Part shown: positions 37,219-46,400 of the stretch, piece by piece
How positions within the stretch are numbered: the stretch's first letter is position 1
How the letters are laid out: every line of letters begins with the position of its first letter
DNA from: Thermoplasmata archaeon
Lineage (GTDB): Archaea; Thermoplasmatota; Thermoplasmata; RBG-16-68-12
Direction of reading: 5' to 3'
DNA: 64,000 nt
NCBI GenBank assembly: GCA_035636595.1
Contig: DASPYU010000015.1
Location: 168 to 64,167 of the forward strand
Notes under the pieces: generated by a model
Seen by the model: the letters and a program-made list of their open reading frames with translations, nothing else
What the model was told of the DNA's origin: nothing
Databases searched by the model: none
Translations under genes and position numbers: made by a program

Positions 37219-40029
37219 TTGACCAGCGGCGAACGGAATGCCAAAGCCCTCAGCCTATTGATCGTCTGGACCCTCGCCCTCGGCGGGTTGTTCGCGGCCG
37301 TTGTCGCGATGACCCCGTCCGCGCGCGCAGGGACCTGCGACCAGGTCGGCGGGGTCATCACGGGAGACTGGACGATCACGACGACCCAGGTGTGTACCGG
37401 GATCCGGTACACGGTCGACGGGTCGATCAACGTCAACGCGGGAGGCAGCCTCACGCTGGTCAACGGCGGCCTCAGCTTCTCCAAAGACACGTCCCACGAG
37501 GGCTACGCCCTGAACGTGAATGCGGGCGGCGAACTCGTCCTCGACAATTCGATTGTGACGACGCAGACGGATGCGATCCATCCGTTCATCAAGCTCGCCC
37601 TGACCGTGTCGGGCGCGAACAGCCGGTTGTCGATGAAGAACGGAGCCGTCTTGCAATTCCCGGGATGGTTCAACGCGACCGGAGCGAACCTCAACGTCAC
37701 GAGCTCGACGATCACGGGCTTCACCGCCGGGGATCTCTCGGGCCTCGGCCTGTACACCGATGACAACGACGACGCGCCGCTGATGTCGTGGGCCTCGTCG
37801 ACCGTCGGCCTGTTCGCATCGCGCATCGAGCGGATCTACGAGAACCAGACCGCGAGCGGCGGAAACGCGACCGGGCCGATCAGCGGCAACGTCGCCCTGA
37901 CCGCCTCGAGCAACTTGTATGCGTACGACACGTACGTCGGCGTCGATTTCTCGAACGTCGTCGGCCTGCACAACATGCTGACGGTGGACGGGACGTCCAA
38001 CGCGTACCTGTACAACGTCACGGTCGACCGTACACAGGATCCCATCCTCAAATCCAACTGGCAATCCGCGTTCGTCCCCACCGCCGCCACGGGGAGCATC
38101 TACCTCTTCCGCTGGCTGTGGGCGACCGCGGTCGACTCGACGTCGTTCCCCGTGAGCGGGGCGACGATCTGGTCGGTCCAGAGCCCCGGAAGCGGGACCG
38201 CATCGTTCCCGGACAACGGCCCCTCGACGACCCCGAGCGCGCGGACCCTCTGGTATCTCGGCCGCGCCGCGAGCGGGGCCAACGCTTGGAACCGCACCGG
38301 CGCGACGGGCCTCGCGGTGATCCCTCTCTACACGGACACGATCACGCAAGCGAGCCTGCCGAACGCCGAATCCTTCGGGAACTACCAGGAGACCGTGGCG
38401 TATGCCGCCTCAACCGTGACGGGAGGGGCGTATTTCGATCCCTATCCGGCCATCAACGCACCGGACAACAACAAGGCGGTCACCTACGGACTGCCAATCC
38501 AGGTGCGATCGGGTCCGGACCTCACGCTGCGGCAGACGGACTACAGCGGCACGATGAACGTCCTCCAGAACCAGGCCTTCACGGTCAACGCCCTGATCTA
38601 TAACCAGGGACAGACGACCGCGAACAACGTCGATGTCGCTGCGTACCTGAACGGCAACCGTGCGAACGAAGTGGGCCGGGTCAACGGCCTCACGATCGTC
38701 GCGTTCGTGAACCAGTCCGTGAGCATCACGGGCCTCGCGACCCTCGGGACGCAGACCCTGGAACTCATCGTCGACCCGGACAACACGATCAACGAGGGCG
38801 GCGTCGCGCAGGAGAGCAACAACTTCGTCAACATCACCCTGAACGTGCAGCCCCCGCCGTCGGGATTCGTCGCGATCGTGTCGCCGACGTCGAACCAGAA
38901 GGTCGAACCCGGGAGCACGCTCAGCGTGACGGGCTATGTCCGTGACGTGAGCTCGAACGGCATCTCCGGCCTCGGCCTGACGGTCGAACTGCGATCCGGA
39001 GCCGCGGTCCTCGCCTCGAACACCACGATGTCCGGAACGGACGGCTTCTTCATCGCGGGCATCAACGTGCCGGCTGGCCTCCAGGACGGCTCGTACAACG
39101 TCGTCGTGACGCCGTCGACCGGCCTCGTGTCGCCCGACACGCGGACGATCGCGGTCCAGAAGAGCGTGTCCTTCTTCCTGACGAACGTGCCGTTCCTCAA
39201 CATCCCATACTGGCTCTTCCTCATCATCGTCGCGGCCGCGGTCGCGGTCGTGATCGGTGTGACGGCCTACTGGAAGGTCTACGGCCTCGGGAAGATGGTC
39301 GAGTGCGGCGAGTGCGGCGCCTTCATCCCCGAAGACGCGACGACGTGCCCGAAGTGCGGCGTCGAGTTCGAGAAGGACATGGCGAAGTGCTCGAACTGCC
39401 AGGCCTGGATCCCCGTCGACGTGAAGCAATGCCCCGAATGTGGCGTCGAGTTCGCCACGGGCCAGCTCGAGATGGCCGACTACCAGGAGAAGATGAAGCT
39501 CCAGTACGACGAGGTCGTCGCGAAGTTCAAGCAGGAAGCGGGCCGCCAATTGGGCCGCAGCCTGTCGGATGCCGAGTTCCAGGAGTGGTGGCGCAAGCAG
39601 CCCACGTTCCTGACCTTCGAGGACTGGCTCCGCGAGGAAGAGGAGATGCGCAAGATGGGCTCGAAGCCGTGCCCGACGTGCGGCACCCTCAACTCCGTGA
39701 CGGCGACCGTGTGCCACAAGTGCGGCTCCCTGATGCGCGAGACGCGCCCGCCGGGAGGCGGTGGCGCGGTCGTCGCGGGCGCCCCGACGCGGAGGGGCAT
39801 CGGCCGAGGATCGGACGACAGCTCGGGCGGCGGCTCGCAGGCGGCTCCCTACGGAACCCCTGGCACAGCCACCCCGGGCACGGAGTCGATCCCGCGCCGC
39901 GTGATCCAGAAGCCGGGCGGCCCCGGACCCGTCGTCCAGAAGCGCGTCATCAAGAAGCCGATGGAAGGCCAGGAAGGCGAGGCCTCGGACGACTCGTCGA
40001 GTGGCAACCAGTCGGAAGACGATCTGTGA
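37219..40029 (+). CDS. Surface protein: signal peptide, beta-helix-like region, CARDB/Ig-like domains, TM, cytoplasmic zinc ribbons (short paralog)
   Basis: CARDB-like VDPDNTINEG..ESNN; TM YWLFLIIVAAAV; three CxxC..CxxC units. GGAGGT RBS before TTG 37219; alternative ATG at 37159. Confidence 0.85.
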   Translation: MTSGERNAKALSLLIVWTLALGGLFAAVVAMTPSARAGTCDQVGGVITGDWTITTTQVCTGIRYTVDGSINVNAGGSLTLVNGGLSFSKDTSHEGYALNVNAGGELVLDNSIVTTQTDAIHPFIKLALTVSGANSRLSMKNGAVLQFPGWFNATGANLNVTSSTITGFTAGDLSGLGLYTDDNDDAPLMSWASSTVGLFASRIERIYENQTASGGNATGPISGNVALTASSNLYAYDTYVGVDFSNVVGLHNMLTVDGTSNAYLYNVTVDRTQDPILKSNWQSAFVPTAATGSIYLFRWLWATAVDSTSFPVSGATIWSVQSPGSGTASFPDNGPSTTPSARTLWYLGRAASGANAWNRTGATGLAVIPLYTDTITQASLPNAESFGNYQETVAYAASTVTGGAYFDPYPAINAPDNNKAVTYGLPIQVRSGPDLTLRQTDYSGTMNVLQNQAFTVNALIYNQGQTTANNVDVAAYLNGNRANEVGRVNGLTIVAFVNQSVSITGLATLGTQTLELIVDPDNTINEGGVAQESNNFVNITLNVQPPPSGFVAIVSPTSNQKVEPGSTLSVTGYVRDVSSNGISGLGLTVELRSGAAVLASNTTMSGTDGFFIAGINVPAGLQDGSYNVVVTPSTGLVSPDTRTIAVQKSVSFFLTNVPFLNIPYWLFLIIVAAAVAVVIGVTAYWKVYGLGKMVECGECGAFIPEDATTCPKCGVEFEKDMAKCSNCQAWIPVDVKQCPECGVEFATGQLEMADYQEKMKLQYDEVVAKFKQEAGRQLGRSLSDAEFQEWWRKQPTFLTFEDWLREEEEMRKMGSKPCPTCGTLNSVTATVCHKCGSLMRETRPPGGGGAVVAGAPTRRGIGRGSDDSSGGGSQAAPYGTPGTATPGTESIPRRVIQKPGGPGPVVQKRVIKKPMEGQEGEASDDSSSGNQSEDDL
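39268..39738 (+). repeat. Near-identical copy of 47270-47740 (cytoplasmic zinc-ribbon coding region)
   Basis: Ungapped match at offset 8002, with long exactly identical stretches. Confidence 0.9.
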
Positions 40030-40283
40030 GATCGCCTTCCCCTACCCCCTTTTCCACCAACCTTGTTCTTCTCCAAGGGCCGATCACTTTCAGTACGCTG
40101 GCTTGGCCTCAATCCATAGGACTATGAATGAACGGTCCTCGCGAGCGCGAGGACACTCTGTACGCTTCTCGGCCCGCGGAAAACCGTCAGCTCGTCCAAG
40201 CCTAATTTCGGATGAGGCGCCGCTCCCTCTCCCGACCTGCGCGATCGCCACTCGCGAATCGGGTCGGCGCACGACCCCGCCTA

Positions 40284-40982
40284 TCACCCCAATCTGATGC
40301 CCACCCTCGCCTCGGGATCGGCGGCCCTCGCGGCCCTAATCGTTGCATCCCGGGTATCGATTACGGAGAAGAACGTGAAGATTGCCGTGATCGCGGCGGC
40401 CCAATCCAGCAGGTATATGCGCCGAGGAATCAGCCAGACGAGGACTCCGATCGCACCCGTGAGGCCCGTGAAGACTGCCGTGCACAGAACGAACACTTTC
40501 GCAGCTGCGAGGGGGCGGTGCCATGTGGTCCCGCCCGACTTGTGGGAGACCTGCAGAAGCAGAGACACGGTGTGCACCGCGGCTGTCAATGCGAGGAGTC
40601 CAAGCGCCATTGCGAGCAACGAGATCCCTGGGATCGCTGGCTGGCTGAAGGCGGTAAGGAAGTAGGCGACGCTCGTAAGAATTGCCGGTCCTGCTGCCGC
40701 GATTAGTCCCACACGCAACGACCGAAGGACGGACGTCACCGATGAACCGAGTTCGCCCCGCACGAGGAGGGATTGGAAGGATGAGGACGAGGTTGTCCGT
40801 CCAATCAGTGCGTCGAGCCGCGGCATGAGCAAGAACGACACAACAAGACCGAGAAAGGCCGCGACCGTTGACAGTCCAATCGCCAAGGGTCCGGACCCGA
40901 AGAGGAGTACGGTGACGGCAACTGTGACGAAGAACGTAAATGCCGCGCAGATTGTCGAGAGTTGAAACCTGTAGCTAGCCAT
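40284..40982 (-). CDS. Multi-TM hypothetical membrane protein (lower GC)
   Basis: About 6 hydrophobic segments; ATG 40982 inferred. Confidence 0.55.
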   Translation of the reverse strand: MASYRFQLSTICAAFTFFVTVAVTVLLFGSGPLAIGLSTVAAFLGLVVSFLLMPRLDALIGRTTSSSSFQSLLVRGELGSSVTSVLRSLRVGLIAAAGPAILTSVAYFLTAFSQPAIPGISLLAMALGLLALTAAVHTVSLLLQVSHKSGGTTWHRPLAAAKVFVLCTAVFTGLTGAIGVLVWLIPRRIYLLDWAAAITAIFTFFSVIDTRDATIRAARAADPEARVGIRLG

Positions 40983-41396
40983 GCGATCTCTGGGAGGATG
41001 CGCTTGGGGGCTCCGAAAGATGCCGATCCTATTGAGGCTGTCCACGCTCGGCATCAGGCCGGCTCGGTGCCATCGCCATCCCTTGACGGATGCAACCATC
41101 TCGGGCCCGATGGCCTCTTCTCTGACAGCGATCTATTGAGACACCTCACGGGGGGCGTCAATCGTGCGAGCTTCATAGCATCCTCTCTGGACTCGTCTCC
41201 CGCCTGGACTCGCGCAGCGCCTCAAAACAGCAACGACTCAACCAGGGGGCCCGGCGCGCTACGTCGCGCTGACAGACGTCGCTCAATGAGGCAGTGCCCG
41301 GCGATCTACGAACGTGGTCATCGCTCCAATCCTGGGCAGCCGCTATGCTCCGCGCGTCCGCGACGACTTTGGAGGATCCCTTCTGACAAGGCTAGG

Positions 41397-43031
41397 CTAG
41401 TAGACGACCATCCCGATGAACGGGATCACCTGGGCGTACCACGTCGTCCGGCAGACCACGATCGGATCGGTCAGGTGCAGGATCGGGTTGTACGTGGCCC
41501 CGAGGCCGCTGCAACCGTACGGGTTCGGTCCGACCCCCGCGAGCTGTGCGTACGTGTAGTTCGACGGCCCCGCCATCCCGGACACGAGGATGCTCATGAA
41601 GAACGTCGCCGAGCCCCACGTGTTGGGAGAGCCGGTCGAGAATGGCGTCTTCGCGTAGGCGAGCATCACATACGGCGTGCCGCCGGTGTCCTGGTTGAAC
41701 ACGTTGATATCGAAAACCCCGGTGGGACTCGTCGCCGCACACCCCGCGGGCAGGCCGCTGCGCGCGTACTGGAAGTCATTGATGTTTCCTGGAGTCCCCG
41801 GATACGCGGCGACGCCGCCCGCGTTCGCGTTGATTGCCGTACTGCACGGCGCCACGATGAACGCCACCGCCCCGGCCGAGGACTGCGTGTTCTGGAAGAA
41901 CGCCTCACTCCAGCCATCGATGAAGATTGTCGTGTTCCCGTGGTTCACCATCTTGAAGTGGAAGAGCGCTCCGCCGTTCCCATTCAGCATGGCGCGCGTG
42001 ACCCGATAGGGCTGGTAGGTGCTTGCGCTGTTGTACGGAGCGCTGAGGTTCGACACCCAGACTTCCCCCGTTCGGATTTGCACGTACCCGATGTATTGCC
42101 ACAACTGGCTCGGGATCGTGCCGCCGCCTCCGCCGCCACCCCCGGTCTGCTGGACGACGTTCAGGACGAACCGGGTCGTCGTCTGGTGGCCCTTCAGGTC
42201 CGTCGCGTTAAGCAGGATGATCGATCCCGCCCAGCTCAGAGGCGGGTAGGGGGGGCTCGTGCAGGCGTTCCCGCCGAGCGTGAAGATGTTGTCGCCCGCG
42301 ACTTTGTCCGGCGGGACGCCGTCATCGCGCATCTTGAGCGGGCTCGCGCACGACGTGCCGGAACCGTACCAAGCGGTGATCGTGGCGTACACCGAGTTCG
42401 GGTTCAGGTCCCCATCAGGGTCCGAGACTTTCGCGAACATGTAGAATCCGAGCTGGGTCTGCACCGGGTCGATCGCGTCCGTCGCGTAGACGCCGTCCGT
42501 CCACTTGTCGGTGAACACCGGCGGCCGCACGCCCTGGGGCGCGCTCATGGCGCCGGTCCAGATGATCGTGCTCTTCAGCACGTCGACGATGGTGATCGTG
42601 ATGGCATCCGAGGACCGGAGGTTGAAGTTCTTGTACTCCCAGCGCTCCCCGATGTCCCAGACGCTGTCGATGCCGTCGAGAATCCCGCTCGGGGTCGCGA
42701 GCAGGCCGTTGAAGCGATGGAGGGTGACGACGTCCGTCTGCGGCGGGTTCGTGCCCCGCTGCGACGTCACGTAGATGAGGCTGGGCACCGGCTGGAGCGC
42801 TTCTCCGCCCTGGTGGAAGAGCGTGATGTTCACGCCGATCTCGAGGCCGAGCGCGTTGTAGATCGGCGTCATCTCGGAGCGGACGTCCGTCCGGGTCTGC
42901 GCGACCGGCGTGGGGATGCTCGAGACCCAGATGATGATCGTCGAGAACAGGACGACGGTCATGGCCAGGATGAGGATCGTGCCGATGACCTCGGACACAC
43001 CCGACCTGTCTTCGCGCAGGATGACTTTCAT
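41397..43031 (-). CDS. Large type IV pilin/adhesin with class III signal peptide
   Basis: DRSG|VSEVIGTILILAMTVVLF prepilin motif. Internal MRDDGVPPDKVAGDNIFT resembles a choice-of-anchor X motif. Confidence 0.85.
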   Translation of the reverse strand: MKVILREDRSGVSEVIGTILILAMTVVLFSTIIIWVSSIPTPVAQTRTDVRSEMTPIYNALGLEIGVNITLFHQGGEALQPVPSLIYVTSQRGTNPPQTDVVTLHRFNGLLATPSGILDGIDSVWDIGERWEYKNFNLRSSDAITITIVDVLKSTIIWTGAMSAPQGVRPPVFTDKWTDGVYATDAIDPVQTQLGFYMFAKVSDPDGDLNPNSVYATITAWYGSGTSCASPLKMRDDGVPPDKVAGDNIFTLGGNACTSPPYPPLSWAGSIILLNATDLKGHQTTTRFVLNVVQQTGGGGGGGGTIPSQLWQYIGYVQIRTGEVWVSNLSAPYNSASTYQPYRVTRAMLNGNGGALFHFKMVNHGNTTIFIDGWSEAFFQNTQSSAGAVAFIVAPCSTAINANAGGVAAYPGTPGNINDFQYARSGLPAGCAATSPTGVFDINVFNQDTGGTPYVMLAYAKTPFSTGSPNTWGSATFFMSILVSGMAGPSNYTYAQLAGVGPNPYGCSGLGATYNPILHLTDPIVVCRTTWYAQVIPFIGMVVY

Positions 43032-43338
43032 GAGAGTGGCCTCCCGGTGGGCTTTGGGAGAATGACCTCGCAGCCGAGCCGACGATATATAAATTGTTCG
43101 TGGTAGTTACCATTCACTGATAGCGTGAGAATCACGGGCCGCATGGGGACGGGGCTCGAACTCGCCTGGAACCGACGGGCAAACGGACCGGGGATCGAAC
43201 GACGACGTCCGAGGGACGACTGGTTTCGGTCCATGTTTGGGACGGAGGCCGGATTTCCATTCTATCCGGTTAATAAAAACCCCGCCCAGAAGGAAACCCG
43301 CGTGTTTCCGGGGATGAGAACAATTGCGTATCGCGCCG

Positions 43339-43380
43339 GATAATCATCCGCCAACCTATTTATCGAGCGCCCCAGGATGG
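43339..43380 (+). promoter_or_regulatory. Promoter with the shared GATAATC...CCAGGATGG motif
   Basis: GATAATC-atccgcca-ACCTA-tttatcgagcgcc-CCAGGATGG. Confidence 0.65.
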
Positions 43381-43450
43381 GCGCATACTCATGCCCACCG
43401 GTCGGTGCCCTCCGGACGCGCTCGAGGACTCGACGCTCGGAGGTCATCGG

Positions 43451-46400
43451 ATGCCCACGCGTTCGGGACGGGATTCGAAGTCGCTCAGCCTCTTGATCGT
43501 CTGGACGCTCGCGCTCGGCGGGGTGTTCGCGGCGATCGTCGCGGTGAGCCCGTCCGCCCGGGCCGGGACGTGCGACCAGGTCGGCGGCGTGATCTCGGGC
43601 GACTGGACGATCACCACGGTCCAAGTCTGCAGCGGCATCCTCTACACGGTCGACGGCACGATCAACATCAACGCCGGCGGCAGCCTCACGCTCATCGACG
43701 GCGGCCTGAGTTTTGCGAAGGACCAGTCCCATGAGAACTACGCCCTGAACGTCAACGCGGGCGGAGAACTCGTCCTCGACAACGCGACCGTCACGACCCA
43801 GACGCAGTCCCTCTCGCCGTTCCTCAAGCTCGCCTTCTCCGTGAACGGCGCCAACAGCAAGTTCACGATGAAGGACGGCGCGATGCTCAAGTTCCCGGGT
43901 TGGTTCAACGCGACCAGCGCGACGATCAACATCACGGCCTCGAAGATCACCGGCTTCACGGACTCCGAGATCTCGGACCTCGGCCTCGACACGGACGACA
44001 ACAACGACGGGCCGCTCCTCGCGTGGTCGGCCACCGCCGCGAGCGTGTACGGGTCCACGATCGACCGCATCTACGAATACGACGGCGGAGCCACCGGGAA
44101 TCTCGTCCTCACGGCCACGAGCAATCTCTACGCCTACGACTCATACATCGGCGTGGACTACGCCTCGGAAGCCCTGACCCCGGGCCACCACAACGAGCTG
44201 CGCGTCGACGGCACGTCGAACGGGTACCTGTACAACGTCACGATCGACCGCACCCAGGACCCCGCCTCCCTCTCGGACTGGCAGCCCGCCTTCCGGCCCA
44301 CGGCCGCGGGCGGCACGGTCAACTTCCTGCGGTGGCTCCACGCCACCGTCGTGGACTCCAGCGGCATCCCGATCGCTGGCGCGACGATCTGGTCGTCCCT
44401 GAGCCCGAGCAGCACGACCGCCCAGTATCCGGACAACGGCCTCACGACGACGCCGACCGCGCGAACCCTGTGGTACCTCAGCCGCCAAGCGAGTGGCGCG
44501 AACGCGTGGAACCGCACAAATTCCGACGGGATGGCGACGATCCCCCTGTATACGGACCAGATCACGACTGCGAGCCTCCCGAACGCGGAGTCGTTCGGGA
44601 ACTACCGCGAGGTTGCCGCATACTCGGCGTCGACGAGCGCGGGCGACGTCGCGTTCAATCCCTATCCTGCGGTGAGCGAGGCGGACAACCACGCCTGGCT
44701 GACCCTCTCCTTCGCGAACCTCCAGGTGTGCCCGACCGGCGTCACGACCTGGTCGTTTGACCGCCAGATCACCGGGAACGTGTCCGTGGCGACCTGCCTG
44801 GAAATCTCGGGCCACATCACGATCACCTCCGGCGGCTTGTACGTCGACCAGGGGTCGGACGGGAAGAGCCGCGCGTACGTCAAGATCCTCTCCGGCGGCT
44901 CACTGGACCTCGTCGGCTCGACGGTGTGGAGCAACTTCTTCCTTCCGTTCTACGTCGCGAATGGCGGGACCCTCGTCACGAGCGCCGCGAGCGCCTTGAA
45001 CCTCACCGCGCGCGGGATCCCCGGCCTCCTCCGGGAGGACGGCGCGACCTCGAGCGTCTCGATCGCGGACAGCTCCGTCGACGGCAACGTCACGCTGTAC
45101 GGCGGCAGCGCGGCCCTGAATCGCGTGCACCTGAGCGGCCCCGGTCTCTGGATCGACACGGTCCAGCGGACGAACCTCTGGGACGCGACCTTGACCGGGG
45201 TCACGAGCCTCGCGATCTCGACCGACGACGGCAACGCCAACACGGTCGACGTGGACATCCGGAACACGACGTTCGACCAACTGCAGACATCCCAGCTCGT
45301 CTTCGGCGGACTGCAGAACGTCCAACTCACTTCCGTGCAGACGTACGACCCGGACGGCACGTGGTGGCAGACGATGATCACCGGCGGCTCGGTCGTGAGC
45401 CGGTACTGGTGGGTTACGGTGGACGCCGTCGACGGCACCGGCACGCTGCTGGCCGACGCAAACGTCGGGATTACGGTGCAGCGGATGGACCCGAACACGC
45501 TCACGGCCTTCACGGTCCCGGACCCCGCGCCGGGAGACATCTACTACACGACCTCGACGACGTGGCCGGTCAGCGCGCCCCTCGGGTTCGTCGTGTACCG
45601 CGGGTTCTCCGAGATGCGCACGACCTCGACCCGAAGCGTGAACGACTCCTACCTCGCAAACGGGACCGCGGTCATCGAGAGCACGACGTACAACCCCGAC
45701 TCGACGGGGAGCGCGCTCGTGACCGCCGACACCGTGATGCAGCTCACCTTCTCCAGCTTGACGCCGGATCTCAGCATCACGTCCCTCACGATCGCCGGCG
45801 GCAACGGGGCCTCCCTTCTTCAGCCGATCAACACGGACCTCACGGTCACGGCGACGATCCGCAACGTCGGGCAGATCAACGTGCGGAACGTCACAGTGAG
45901 TTTCTTCGAGGACAACGTCGACCGCAATCTGGATGGCCTCATGGACTTCACCCCGCTCGACTACCGGGCGACGGGCCTGTGGATCGGCGACACCCTCCTC
46001 CCGCTCGTCCCGAAGAACGGGACCGCGGCGGCGGTTCTCGTGTGGCACCCAGTCGGGGCGCTCGAATCCAGCCGGACCGTCTCGGCGGTCGTGGACCCGC
46101 CCGTGTCCTCCGTGGACGATGGCGGCCTCGTGCGGGAGACGAACGAGCGGAACAACATCCTTCCGCGGACCTTCACGCTCTACACCTGGCCGGACCTCGC
46201 GATCTCCACCGCCGATATCCAGTTCATCACGGACCCGGTCGTGAACAACGATGTCTCCGTGCGCGTCACGGTCCACAACCTCGGGACGAACCGCGCGACC
46301 GGGGCGACCCTCGAGATCTGGGAGGGCGCCGTCCGCGTCGGCGGGCCCGCGACGTTCGACATCACGCAAGGCGTCGACGTCGTGCTCACGGTGAGCTGGA

